Of a stretch of DNA of 64,000 nt, positions 27,408 through 42,120 are shown in pieces. The stretch's first letter is position 1, and each line of letters begins with the position of its first letter. Source of the stretch: Octopus vulgaris (lineage: Eukaryota); the NCBI GenBank assembly GCA_951406725.2, contig OX597833.1, positions 62,682,001 to 62,746,000 of the forward strand. The letters run 5' to 3'. The translations under genes were made by a program, and so were the position numbers. The notes under the pieces were generated by a model. The model worked only from the letters and a program-made list of their open reading frames with translations, was not told where the DNA came from and made no database searches.

Positions 27408-27599
27408 TATCCTTATATATTTTGTAAAATGGTTTAACTGTTGTTAAAGTCACTTGATGCTTTCCTAGTAAATTTATATTTACAAGGTGTCTGAAGATCT
27501 TCATTAAATAGTAAGAAACCTGTCCAGGACTGAGAAATTCAATTTTGCTTTCCTAAATAAGAGGAGAGTCATCAATATATTAAAATATTTGATTTGGGA

Positions 27600-27663
27600 A
27601 AATATTGAGAGAGAGAGAAAAGGGGAGAATTCTGGAGACATGAAAGAGGGGGAAGAAGAAAAA

Positions 27664-27700
<37 letters not shown>

Positions 27701-27995
27701 GAGAATGGTGGGAGGAGATATTTGTGTGTGTGTGTGCTGTTGTTTACAAGTGAGGGGAAGGGAGAGTAAGGTATGAAGGTAGTAGCAGAAGAATAAAGCA
27801 GAAAATGAGAGGGGGGGAAAGAGGGGTAGGTAGAGAGAATGCCAATTAGGGGAGGAGGTGTGAGGTATGTTGACAAAGGAAGGAGAGTTGAAGGGAGGAG
27901 GCAGCATTGGAAATAAAGAAACAGTGGCAGGAGAAGTGGGAGGCTAGAAAGAAAGAGAATAAAGATAAACGTAAACAAAATAAACAAAACCCAAG

Positions 27996-28040
<45 letters not shown>

Positions 28041-28330
28041 AAGGGAGAGGTTTAGTAGTAGGAACAGGAGGAGGTAAAGAAAGAGGCCCAGTAGCAGGTG
28101 AAGAAAAACAAAGGAGTAAAAGTGAGAGAAGGAGGGGGAGTGGGGGGAAATTAACAAAAGCTGTGGAAGGAGGAGGAGGAGGGGAGAGGTATGAGTGAGT
28201 GAAGGGGAGGTAAGGTGAGGTGAGGAAAGAGATTTTAGAAGGAAGGTAGCAATGGAGGTAGCACTGGAACAAGCAGAAGCGAAAGTAGTGGCAGTAGGAG
28301 GAGGAGGAGGAGGAAGGGGAGGAGGAGGCA
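27600..28330. repeat. Purine-rich low-complexity tract with (GA)n and (GGA)n
   Basis: Strong G/A strand bias. (GA)n at about 27667-27695 and 27999-28039. Confidence 0.85.
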
Positions 28331-28692
28331 AGTGTTAATGTATGATAAAAATTAGAGCAATGCTACAAAATTTATTATTATTTAACATAATTACTGCAGT
28401 GGACTTTCTGAATTAAAATATCTCATGTCTCTCTCGACTTGGGAACCAGTTTATATTTATATTTACGCAACTATTATCATTTTAGTTTGTTTATTTCTTT
28501 GTGAAATAAAAATAAACTCAAATACATACATACACACACTCACATATATATATATATATATATATGATAGAAAAAAGGTGTTCAAAATGCTGGATGGTTG
28601 TAAAAATATATATTTATTTACATATCACATATTATTTCTTCATATTAGCGCTTTCAACTACTCCTGTAGTTTCACAGTTTCACCCCCAATAC

Positions 28693-28738
<46 letters not shown>

Positions 28739-28896
28739 TAAGGGTAGAAATTGATATTAGTCAATTAAAACCAGTGGTCTAGCATATTAAAAAGAATATT
28801 TTTACATACAAACTAAGGACTGAACACGAAAAGTGGACAGTCAACATGCTAGATATAGACGTCAAATCGCCATTCTCCACAAAGAGTATGTTCTCA

Positions 28897-28943
<47 letters not shown>

Positions 28944-29419
28944 GGGTTTTTTTATTTTTTGCAATGTAATCGAAGTGCAAAGATATTCTAGAAAATTATG
29001 TTTAACTAAAACTGATAAATTTTTATCGAAAATGAAAATAAATCCTTCGTCACAACTGGAAATAATTATTTAAAATAGAAACAAAAGTGGGGGAAGTGAA
29101 ATAGCTAAGAGATCAAATCACCTTTATCATAATGGACTCCGGCGAGTCCATTTTTGATTTTGTGTCAGCTTTCAGATTTAAAACCAACGTTTCACCCCCT
29201 CTCTCTCTCTCTCTCCTTAATGGTAAAAACTGACCTTCACACACGCACACACAAATATCTCCAGGAACAAAAAAAGCTTGTGAAATCGTCCTTTCTCGAT
29301 TTCTAAGGGAAATTGGACGAGCTTTCGTTTCTCTAAAGTCAATAAATACAAAACCTGTACCAGCTTTAGATTATTACTTTCAAATACACTTAGAACTAAA
29401 AAAAAAAGCTAGATCAGTG

Positions 29420-29883
29420 TTTGTGTACGTGTGTGGTGGTTAAGTTTGCTTCAACCGCATGGTTTCCGGGTTCGGTCCCACTGAATGGCACACTGAGCAA
29501 GTGTCTTTCTACAATAACCGCGAACTTGTAAGTGAATTTGGTAAACGGAAACTGAAAGGAGTGTGCGCGCACACGTGTATGTATAAATTTATGTTTGTGT
29601 GTGTGTATATATATATATATATATGTGTGTGTATGTGTGTATTTATATATATATATTGATAAAACGGTAAGATAACAAAAGAAAGAAAGAGACCTCAATA
29701 TTATGTAAATAGAGGAAATTTATCGAGTAATGTAACATATTGTATACATATATATATATATTAATGCGGACCTAAAATCCTATGGTCGTAACTTCAACCG
29801 TGCCCTTTCTGTTGTGAGTTTGCTACCCAGGTATCAGTTATCTTTCGAATTATCCGTAATAAGATAATTCATTTGTCTACTTA

Positions 29884-29946
<63 letters not shown>

Positions 29947-30078
29947 CGGGTCGGCAAAAGTAACCGATAGAATAAGTACGAGACTTATTTAATTTTGTAA
30001 GTACTGAGGTAGATTCGTTCGACTAAACCTTTCAAAGTGGTGCCCCAGCATGGCCGCAGTCCAATGACTGAACTAAAT
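29420..30078 (+). mobile_element. SINE family B split by an insertion in its (TA)n tract
   Basis: Head/core at about 29420-29640 and tail at about 29948-30078. Unrelated sequence bracketed by (TA)n lies at about 29655-29890. Confidence 0.7.
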
Positions 30079-30397
30079 AAATTACACCCACACACACACG
30101 AAATAGGTCGGCTGGTGCCGAGTGGGACAAGATTCGTTTCCTGTTGTCAACAAATAAAACGTATCAGATCATCTACAATTTCAGTAATTCTATAGATTTC
30201 AAATAAACACTCCTCTGCTTCTCCGTTACTTTGTCAATGAATCATTTTAAACGGTGGCACTCCAAGCCAATAAAATAAACCATCAACAAATACTGTGTAG
30301 AATACTGGGGTTTAAAAGAAACCCTTGGGCGGAAGGAGGGGAGACGGTGGGTTAAATTGCGTGTGTGTTTTGTGTTGGTATAGCTGTGTGGTATAGC

Positions 30398-30556
30398 TGA
30401 GTTCAAATTCCGCCGAGGTTGACTTTGCCTTTCATCCTTACAGGGTCGATAAATTAAGTACCAGTTGCGCACTGGGGTTGATGTAATCGATTTAATACTT
30501 ATGTCTGTCCTTGTTTGTCCCCTCTGTGTTTAGCCCCTTGTGGGTAATAAAGAAAT
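30398..30556 (+). mobile_element. 5'-truncated SINE family A with a TSD
   Basis: Runs from the B box to the AATAAAGAAATA tail. GGTATAGCTGTGTGGT is present on both sides (about 30376-30392 and 30557-30572). Confidence 0.85.
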
Positions 30557-31026
30557 AGGTATAGCTGTGTGGTTATTGAAGCTCGCTTCACAGTACCCGT
30601 GATGGCGAAGGTAAAGAACAAGCACACCCCGGTCGCTAGGGTATTTTTGTTGCGCCGAAAACGAGTGGTGTGAGTGTTCTGTACCTCCGCCCCACCCCCC
30701 ACCCTGTGATTTTGGGTTCAGTCAGTTGCGCGCCCCTCGGGCAAAGTGTCTCCTAGTATATAGACCCGAGTTACAACTGCCTTGTCACAGTGAATCCGAT
30801 AGCGGGAAACCGTAGAAATCGGTCGTGCGTGTACCCCAACCCCCATTTGACAACCAATGTTGGTTTGTTTTACGTCCCCGTAATTTAACGGCTCGGCAGG
30901 AGACCGATAGCATAAATATCACACTTCTAAAAATAAGGGGTCGATTTGTTAGGCTAAACCCTTCAAGGCAGCGCCCTTGTACGGCTGCAATTCATGCTTA
31001 TAATTAAAAAGAAAAGTATAATAATA

Positions 31027-31064
<38 letters not shown>

Positions 31065-33247
31065 AAACGATTGATGATAACCACTCGAGATGAACCGAAT
31101 TTATTACGTAACTGTCTTTGGTTCAACGGCGGCTGAAGAGGTGAATAACCAGCGAAACATCGAGATTAGCCGTTATGTAGTTTGAAATTTTTCTAGTGTA
31201 TACTTGAAGCACCATTCGTTCCGTTTGTTTTACTCGAAGAGAAATAAATTCATAGCGCTGACTACCTGTTGTGCAACTGCCAGAGATTAAAACCTTGCCC
31301 AAGTGAACTAAACTGCCCTGCTTGGGTTTATGAGCCTGCATGTATATGTGCACGCATGCACACACGTTTAGACGGGAATAGAGTTTCACGACACTAACAG
31401 ACCTTACCAAAAAAAAATAATAATAAAAACTTCCCACCTAACGCAGAGTTGTTTCATCCCAACAATGACAGATCAACATATAGTTGTGTTCCAGCCATGG
31501 CTATCCCCTCTTGTCGAACAGTCTAGTTCCTTTTATTCTTTCTCCATGCCACAAGGGTTAAAGATTTGTTTGCGAATATTTGTCAAGCAGGTCGACTGGT
31601 CTCCATATCAGTCCTTCAGTGTGGTTAATACATATAAACAGCCAGGCGCAATGTGATACCATAAAGGAAAATACAATCGTGACTAGAGAATTTTAACTCT
31701 TATTTCTAGGACTGCAGGTGCTTCGGCATCCTTAGTCACGCTTAGTGACGAGTGCGCGAGCGAGATATTAATTCCTTGCCCTTTCGACCTCACGTAATTC
31801 ATGTTATGTGAGCCTTGCAATGAAATCATTCCACAAATGACCACCACTTCACAGAGTTGCCATATCTGGTTTACACCCACGTCGACCACTTACAAAATCC
31901 TAAGTTGAATGAATATATATAATTTCAAGACTAGACTGAAATGATAACTTGAGGAGCCCTAGTACGAAATATACATGCGTGCATGGGGTGAGAGTGGTCC
32001 CTTAACGGTCGTGTACGTATGGGAGAGGGGAATGTCCTTTAACAAGTGCATGTGTGTGTGTGCGTGTATATATATATGTATGTATATTCAAGGAGAAGGG
32101 GATTGTCTCTTAAGCAGCAGTATGCGCGTGCATGGGAGGGGATTGTCAGTTAAGCACTGTATGCGTGTGTGCGCTACTCTAAAGGAAATATGCTGCTAGA
32201 ATATAGAACTGGCTACCACTTTCAGCAAAAACTTGGTAGAAATGGATTACATATACATACATATGTGTTTTATTTTCGAGATCTATAATTAGGTGTTCCA
32301 GCCATGACCATCCCATCTTTTCACAGACAGGAATATCAGTGTCCTTCCTTTTCCTCCATGTTGTTCGAGAAATTTGTCTGCTATATCTAGCAGGTCGAAC
32401 GGTCCGTCATTGTTAACAAAAAACCCACAACTGAAAACCATCGGCCAACATCGGTTCGTTTCCAGTATAAAGTAGGGGGGGGAAAAAAACCCACCCAAAT
32501 CTATATTTTTGTGTAACCCCAGAGCTGTGCCTTGATGGCGCTGGCTTAAAAAAGCGTTCCAGCCATGACTGTTCTATGCTAATTTCAAACCTCGCGTAGG
32601 CCACAGTTTACCTTATCCAATGCGTCTTTCCTTTATTGAAGACGACGATAGGGTGTGATCTGAGAAAGATTTGACTCATTTCTTAATCGGGATTGGTTAG
32701 CGGCAGGTGGTAGCAAGATAAGGGGGAAAAAAATTCAACAAACATGTAATAGAGTCCTTTCTCTTCTTTCTTTCTTTCTTGTGGTGGCTATGGAATTTGA
32801 GAGAGAGCATGCGGAGGATTGAGGCTATAATACAAGAGTTTTAGTTAATCCATCGTGGGGTGATGATCTCAATATTGGAAAAACAAAGAGAAAGGATTAT
32901 TGTGACAAGCAAACAGTTATTTCTGTTTGCTGGACAAAATTAAGTTGTAAGATAAGTCCCAGGTCAGTTCTCAACCAACAGCTTAGTTGTATGATCAAAG
33001 ACACGCCAACCGTGAGCACCCCGTCTACTTGCCTGCTTTTTATCTTTGTTTTAAGACTTGTAGGTGAGAGAGCTACCGCATACAAGGATAGAACTCTCGT
33101 CGGCTCGTTTAGAGAGTAGCTACAACATGATGGAAGGACAATGACTAAAGTATAATGGAATGGTTTATGCGTCAGTCAACAAATTAACCGAAAATACTGA
33201 ACGTCTAAAGAAGGTTGAATGATCAAAACTGAAGAATTTGCGGGAAG

Positions 33248-33278
<31 letters not shown>

Positions 33279-36056
33279 CACACCTAAAAATTGTTTGCGC
33301 TTGTGTGTATAAAATCTTCCTTTAGAGAATTCAGACTTTTATAATATAAAATAGTTCCATCCACACAAAAAAAAAAAAAAAAACATGAACTATCTCAATA
33401 TTCTCATTTCTAAATTTAATATGGTAAGAATCGACCAAAAAAAGTAGAGGGAAAAAAAATGGTTAATTTCGAAAACTAGCGCTAATAACGATCAGAATGC
33501 TTCTTTCTTTCTTTCATTTCTTCCCCTCCTCCGGTTTCTTTTAGTAGGAAGAAATGCGGATAGGATGGGGGGAGGGGTTTGTTCAGCGATGCCACAGATT
33601 CTTTCTGGTTTTAAGGATTGGAATCTTATTACAACGAATGAATGAATGAATGAATGAATGAAATGGGGAAAAGGAAATGGAGAAAGAGGATGGGATGAAT
33701 GGAGGAGAGAGAGAACTTTAGAGATGGTTTAAGAGAGCAAGAGATGCTAATATTGAATTCGATTGGGAAAAATAAAAACCATTTTAGCATTATATATATA
33801 TATATATATATAAGATTGAATAAGTTAAAGAAAATTATATAGAACAGAAAACTTAAACTAAATATCATTACTATTATATTGAGTGGTTTTAACTAGTAAT
33901 TTAGGGTATACTATAATAGTATATGGGAAGAAAATATATAAGAGGGACTGAAGCGAGAAATAGTTGGAGCGTGTGTGTAATAAAGATGGGAAATAATTTT
34001 GACAAACTGTTGGATGCATTGAGTTTTTAACCCTTCATTCAAGGGGGGGGGAAAAAACACATAGAAAAGTATAATAATCCTGAGAGTGAAAAGATATGGC
34101 GCAGTTAATTTGGTGGTGGAAATTCCACTTTAGAAGAGAAGAGTTTAATTGTGGCAAAAGAGAGCAGCTAAACTCGCCCTCCTTCGTTGGAGAATTGTGG
34201 TGAGATACTTTAGTATCATCATGAGATAGCAGCAGACCATTTCTCAGAATTCTATGATTTACATCCCTAAACTGGAGAAAGGAAGGAATGACAATTGATT
34301 TAACAAGGACACTGTAATTATGTTCAGTAAAAAAAATTACATTAAAAAAAAAAAAGAGGGAACGAAGCAGGTGGGGTAGCAGAAAATAAGGGGTTAGTCC
34401 ATGCAGGCCCCTCCCCCAGAAATAAGTACTGTCATGTGGAGCAAAAGAGACCTTATTATATGTTAGGTTTTAACAAACATTTCTGATGTTTTCTGAGAAA
34501 AAAAATTCAGTTGATTGTAAACCTAGGTTGCCTGGGAAAATAAACAAGGAGTGACGAAATATTCATTTCGTGCAAAAGTTGAGATTTGCACAGAATTTCT
34601 TGTAAGATAACCAGCCTAAATTTCTTGTGTGTGTGTGTGCATGCTTGAGTGTGCACTTGTGTGTGTGTGTGTGTGTGTGTGCATGCTTGAGTGTGCACTT
34701 ATGTGTGTGTGTGTGTGTGTACTTATGTGTATGTGTGTGAAAAAGAGGAAGGTTCTACTTCAAAGTTGACTGCAGTGAGAGCGAATTATTAAAGGTGGCG
34801 AGCCTGGCCGAGATAGCAGAAGCATTAAAAGCACGTCGGACGAAATGCTTCTTAGTAGCACTTTCTTCTGGCTCTTTACGTTCCGAGTTCAAATTCCGCC
34901 GAGGTCAACTCAAGCCTTTTTATCCTTTGCGGGGGGGGGGGTCGATAAAATAAGTTACCAGTCAAGCACTCGGGAGTCGGTGGGTGGTATCGACCTCACT
35001 TTCCACTCCTTAAAATCGTTGGCCTGCTGCCAACACATTTGAAACCATTAGCATCATTATCAATGGTTGTTTGCAAGGCTTTTTCAGAAGCTGGGAATCT
35101 TTAATCAAATATTCTTGGAATTCCCGAACATGGAAATAAAAACCATTTAAACAATATTTTAGTAAATTATGAATGAATAAAAACCAAAAGAAATCATTTG
35201 TGTTTAATAATAATAATAATATAAGAAATTTTTTATGAATGGAAAAATACAAAGCAAAAAAAAACAACCCCAAATGATTGAATTAGCGAAGGAGGAAAGG
35301 GCCTCGCCGTGGCTGACCAGTCTTAAATCCCTAGGAACCACAAATTCTTATCGTATAGAAAGTATTACTCGGAGCTGATCATATGAAATAATTGATTCAA
35401 CAGGGCCAATATAGTAGTGAACTGCATATGCAACATAAGGCCTCTATCTCTCTCTCTCTCTGTATACAATTTCCCTGTCTTGTTAGGAGGTCTCCATGGC
35501 AAGCACCGACTCCTGCTGTGACCACCGCGTCGGTATGGTGTTGATTTAAGAACTTAACTGCTATTTCTAACTCTGACAAAACCCAGCTACCTACCACCTT
35601 GTAAGATTTCTTATTTTGCAAGTGTGATACTGGTTAAAAATTAAAAAAAGACCATTTCCAGACAAATGCCAGATATTTTATTTTACAAACCTTTATTACC
35701 TTAACAGCAATCTCTCTCTCTCACAAACACACCCTCCCCCATTAATTCTTCTGATATTACAAAAACTATTGCAGTTTATTTCAGTACAAAGTGTGTGTGC
35801 ATGTTCTGAAAGGCAACTAGCAATTTGGAGTTGATTAAATTACAAAATAAAAATAGGATAAAAAAAAACTCTGCAACAATTTGTATAAAACTATCTTAAC
35901 AGCAAGCTTAACCTACTTACATATTTTATACTAAAGGTATTTAAACAAATTTTACTTGGGTTAGTACAACCTACTACTACATGTCAATTACATATCTATG
36001 TATCTATCTGTCTATTTATCTATCTATCTGTCTGTCTGTCTATCTAGCATATCTAT

Positions 36057-36095
<39 letters not shown>

Positions 36096-36849
36096 TTAAA
36101 AGATCGCATGTATTAGGTTGTGCTATTAAATAGCAGTATGGTTGCCGCCCTTAACTCGAAAGGTTATAGAGGCGTGCGCACACACACGCACCTTCTTTTA
36201 TTTCGCTTGAGCCACCACGGCCAGGGACCATACTTTTAAAGCACCACACACACACACACACACACACACACGACAGAAATCCCTACAAATCGACATCAGT
36301 ATCAACAGTAATGTAAAGACAAACTGAAGGGGTCTCATGACTGCTTGTTTAGCACGAAGTCAGGTCCTTACCAAGTAGAGAGACAAGGTCTCTGATCATA
36401 AAGCATGTCACACTTAACCATCCCTTTTTATTATTTTCAGATGTAGCAGTAGTAGTAGTAATATTAGTCGTAGTATACATCTAATACCACTGTTGTGATA
36501 TGAACAAAATCCAACAGCTATTCCAAGCAGGTGGGGCTTCTTTCAGATTCTACTAGAGACTAGAGCAGTAGTCCCTCAAAAACCGACACCCTATCATCCA
36601 TCGCATCGTCTTCTAATGTAGGGACGAAATGAAATGCTAGATAAGGTATATATATAAAGGTCCCAGTATCTAGTTCCAGGTAGGGATGGATGGATGGATG
36701 TATGGTTTACAGCATTTTTGTAACAATTTATTTTCAAAATTGTGTGTGTGAACACTATTGACTGAGTGAGGGTAAATATAGCAGGAAAGATATTTTATAT
36801 GAATAAAACATTACAACCACTCTTCACACATTCAAATCTTAACCGTTCT

Positions 36850-37490
36850 TACAACACACACACACACGCAGGTACACTCGCTCTGCGTGTGTGTGTGCGA
36901 GAGAGAGAGAGAGAGAGAGAGAAAGTGAGTGTGTGCTTGTTGTGTGTGTATGTGTGTGTGCTTGCTTGTGTGTGTGTGTTTGAGTGTGCTTGTTGTGTGT
37001 GTGTTTGCGCGTGCTTGTGTATGTGCGTGCTTGTGTGTGTGTGTGTATGTGTGTGCTTGTTGTGTATGTGCTTGTTTGTGTGTGTGCTTGTTTGTGTGTG
37101 TGTGTGTGTGTGCTTGTTGTGTATGTGTGTGCTTGTTGTGTGTGTGTGTGTTGTTGTGTGTGTGTGTGTGTGTGTGTGTGTTGTGTGTGTGTGTGTGCTT
37201 GTTGTGTATGTGTGTGCTTGTGTGTGTGTATGTGTGTGCTTGTGTGTGTGTGTGTGTATGTATGTATGTGTGTGTGTGTGGAAACTACAAGTCGTGCAAC
37301 ACAAGGCTCAGAGTGGAAAAATGATTCGCATATTTGAATTCAATATAAGAGAGATCTTAGCAGAACAGATCACGGAGAGAGAGAGAGCGCATGTGCGTGT
37401 GTGTGTGCGTGTATGAGCGAGTGTGTGTGTGCAAGTGTTTAGTCTATGCGTGTGTGTGTGTGTGTGTGTGTGTGCAGGCGGGCGCGCGCG
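36850..37490. repeat. Compound (TG)n microsatellite with interspersed CTTG/TTG units
   Basis: Seen directly. It explains the poly-Cys/Val and poly-His/Thr ORFs. Confidence 0.95.
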
Positions 37491-37875
37491 TTATGTGGTG
37501 TGTTCGAGTGACTGACTGAAGGCACAGTTAATGTTACAATCGATTATAAACAGCCACACTATTTGAACTTGCGTATGAAGAGAGAGAGATACTGCTAGTA
37601 TAATACACACACTAGTATAAAATATAATAATAATACACCAGTCATTTCTCAGTCGACACACAGAGGCATCAGACAAACCACGTATCCATACTGTTTATTA
37701 AGCACTACGCAGCCATACACACACACAATACACACCGTGTGTTACAGTAAAATCGATATAAATTATACTGAACACATCTACACATGCCCCTCAACTAGAA
37801 GGTCATATATACTTGCAATTATAAAACAATTTGGATAAAATTAAAGATATTTAAGTATTAAAAACAATTATACAC

Positions 37876-37918
<43 letters not shown>

Positions 37919-38364
37919 CATATGTCTTAAATTGTCATACATATGCAATAGATTAGGCAGGTTTCGACTTCAATATCTAATCATATTGTGGGACATATAT
38001 ATATGAAAGGCAAGCTTATTTTCAGGTCTCAGTCAATAGCTTGTGCTACACTGGAACATTTCATTAGGCAAGTAGTAGTAAATTAGGGAGCTCATCCCCA
38101 AAGGCTAAATGAACACACACACACACACAGACAGAACATGAGAGACAATGTAGAGGATGGGAGATCAAAACAAAAGCGAGCGGGTTGGTGATGATACTAA
38201 GAGGTTTTATTAACGACATTAGCTGAAATAGATTCAAGTGAGAATCGAAACCAGAACCCACGTACTCATTCATAACCTACAATAAATTTGCTTTCGCTTT
38301 TGATGGGGTTTTTTTCTTCCGGTGACGGGTGAAAGTACAGGGACTACAACAGTCAAATGACAAG

Positions 38365-38431
<67 letters not shown>

Positions 38432-39586
38432 AATTAATATTAACCCCTCACTCTTCCAACCTCCAAAAGAAATGACGAAAGCTGACGTCGACAAGATTCG
38501 AACCAGCGCAGCATTTAAGGCAAGAGAGTCCATCACTACCATCCGTCATTATATTAGCAATAATGGTTTCCAATATAAGAGAACAAACCCAGCGATTTTG
38601 AAGCTAGGTTAGAATTCGTCGATGACATCGACCCCCACCCAGGGGACAGACGAAGGTTTTTTTTTTTATTTTACCGACTTCGGAGGAATAAAAAAAAAAA
38701 GGCAGAGTTGTTCCCGGTGGGGAATTCAACTGATAAGGTAAGAGAGACGAGAACAAAATACCGCAAGACATTTTGTCCGACGCACCGACGATTATGCTAA
38801 CCCTGCAAACCCTTATAGTAAGTAATTCTTTCTACAACAGAAACAATGCCAGCAATTTTAGAAGGAGTTCAGTCGATTTTATCAACCGCAGTACTTTAAA
38901 TGGTACTTTATTTTATCGATCCTGAAAAGATTAAAAAAAAAAAACGGCAACTCGGGTGAGATTTGAACCCAGAAACGTAAAAACCGAAGAAATGCCGCTA
39001 AACATTTTACCCAGCGCACCAACGGCCCAGCCAATTCGTCGCATCCTTTAATTTCAGGCCTTGTGCCTATAGTGAAAAAGGGGTAATATAGCACTCTAAA
39101 CCCCAGATCATCTTTTCCTATGTCCAAAAAACGTTTGAAGCAATTAATAAGTGTAAGTACCGGAAATCGAAACCCTACTTAACAGATTCGGTTTAGCGAG
39201 GAACTTTGCTCCAACCACTAACGTACGTTTTAAAAAAGCAAACAGAGCGATTAAGTGGTAGGTTGATCTGCGAGAAATAGCAACTAATCATCACTTAAAT
39301 CCCATCCTATCATCATCTTTATATAAGGGACACCGGACAAGGTAGCCAGTTCTACAGACAAGTGTGAAAAGGGTGAAGGGAACCCTCCGCATCCCGTCAG
39401 ATAATCTCGGCTAGAATGCCTTTAATGATGATAGATCTTGTCTTGTGTTCGATCAGGGGAGTTAGAACCAGGGCCATGGGATATTCTGATGTTCAGGGAG
39501 AGACTGACATTTGAAACCGCGACCGAACTGCTTCTTTCCGAGAAACGCCGAGGAAAAGGAGAAAGAAGTATCAGCATTAAAACCTT

Positions 39587-40052
39587 CCATTCATTCAGTC
39601 ATACATACATACATACACACACATTCATTCATACAGTCGTACATACATACACTCATACACACATTCATTCATACATACATACACTCACACACACATTCAT
39701 ACATACATACGTACACTCACACACATTCATACAATCATACACACACTCACACACATTCATACAATCATACACACATTCATACATACATACACACACATTC
39801 ATTCATAGTCATACATACACATACATACACTCATACAATCATACACTCATACATTCATACACACACATTCATTCATACATAGTCATTCATACTCAGTCAT
39901 ACACTCACACACATTCCTACATACATACATACACACACATTCATTCATACATACACATTCATTCATACATACATACACTGATACATACATACACTCGTAC
40001 ATACATTCATACACACATACATTCATTCATTCACACACACATTCATACATAC
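39587..40052. repeat. Compound (CATA)n/(CATT)n/(CA)n microsatellite
   Basis: Seen directly. Confidence 0.95.
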
Positions 40053-40999
40053 AGTAAGGGAGAAGATGGAGTGTTCATGCCTTTTCCCTAACCGAAATAA
40101 TTTACCCAAGTGAATCACTTCAAGACATGAAACCCAAGGAAAATCCATTCGGCATGATTGCGTGGCATTCATGCCTTTCCCGTTGAGCGCACATTCTGAT
40201 TAAGACAGGCCACACAAGCTCAGCATCCCCCTAACGATGTAGTAGCAGCAGCAGCTGCAAATCATATTTGTCCATCGTTTCAGGAAGATGTTGTGGCATT
40301 CATGGCTTGCCCCTCCCGTGACCATCCACGGCATCTGCTGAGCAAAACCGATCAAATGACGTAATAAATAATTTGATACACACACATATATATCGATCTC
40401 TCCGCTATTGGTAGATCGGTTGGTGGTTTTATTTTATTTTAAACTTTCCCCCCAGGAAGGAAAAAAGTGATGAATTTTTACCCAGCGCAGGATCTGAACT
40501 CGGGTCGTAATTAAAACGGCTGCATTTTTATCAGATGCTCTACCGATTCTGCCAAACCCTTGTCCTTACTACAAGAAAAGCCAGAGATTTTACAGAGGTT
40601 GAGGGGGAGCACAACATCTACCAACACTACCAACACAACTAGTACTTCATTTTATCAACCTCAGGAAGACTGAAAACACACACACACACACACACAAATA
40701 GATCTTGGCAGAAATCGAACTCAGATCTTTACAAGGCATTTCAATTTCAGTCCGATGTTGTACCAGTTCAGCCAAACCAAAGTATAATCCAAATATCATA
40801 AGAGAGCAACGAGAAAGTTGCAACAATAATGCCTTTCTCAAACTCCAAGCAACACGGGGTGGTGAGGGCCCAGTCGATTGATTACATGTTCAATCCCCAG
40901 TACATGACTGGTACTGCTGATCGGTCTCGGTAAGGCTTCATTCATATTCGACAGATGTCAAATATATTCTTAGAGTACTTCACTTGCGTATATACATCC

Positions 41000-41049
<50 letters not shown>

Positions 41050-41722
41050 GCACACTGGTTTCAGTACAAGGTATATTTCGCCGATTCGGCCCTTCCATTT
41101 ACGTTGGGTTTCGCTTAACTCCTTAGATAGGGACTAAAGAAGGGGTTATCTAAACACTTCCCCGACTAACAATTCTGCTACAAACAGGAAAAAAAAGGGG
41201 TTTCTAAGTGGTCAGTATCTGTGGTAGAAATAGCCATATATCTCTCCAAAATCACATCCTACCAATCCTAAAATGAAAAGACAAGAGAACGTGGGGATGA
41301 TCACGGCTGGAACGCATTTGATAAGCCTACTGTACGAGGGGGGTGACCGGTGGCTAAGCAACAACAACGACGACGACCAGCTACAAGAAGGAAATCCCTT
41401 ACGCAGTGGTCCATTATCGACCTGCTAGAAATAACAACCAAATTTACCTCAAATCACACAATTCGTCCGTCGTTAAAAGATTAAAAAAAAAAGGGGGTGG
41501 GACATACCGGTCATATATAACAGATAACATGGTCTGCTGGTTCGTAGATGACCTGGGGCTAAACAACAGGCGATGACAATGTTTCTAAGAGAGGTGGCAC
41601 GGTCTGAGGAAGAGGTTTATGAAGGACATCGAACCTTGTAATACGACCGATTGTTTTATCGAGAACAGCGGGATTTGAACCTACGGCAATCATGTTAGTC
41701 ATGTTTTGTAGCAGTCACGAGG

Positions 41723-41755
<33 letters not shown>

Positions 41756-41989
41756 AGGGGAGGAATAAAATCAATGTGTATGTGTGTGTGTGAAAGAGTG
41801 TATGCGCACATATATATGTGTGTATGTGTATATATATATATACACACACACACACAAGTACTTTATCGATATCGAGAAATGAAGTCAAACGACAGAGGCG
41901 GGATTTGAACTCGGAACTCGACAGTAGACAATTTTGCGTCCGACACTCAACCGTTTCGGCCACCACATTTAACAGAGTTTCTAGACACA

Positions 41990-42089
41990 CACACACGTAG
42001 TCATACATACATACATATATACATACATGCATACATATACATACATATATATATATATACATACATACACATACATACATTACACACAC

Positions 42090-42120
<31 letters not shown>

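Noticed and set aside
36766-37416. 216-aa Cys/Val-rich ORF
   Set aside because: It is the translation of a (TG)n microsatellite, with no domain content.
41070-41100. Minus-strand GGAAGG-GCCG-AAT-CGGC-GAAA hairpin resembling hammerhead stem II
   Set aside because: CUGANGA has several mismatches and stems I and III are not supported.
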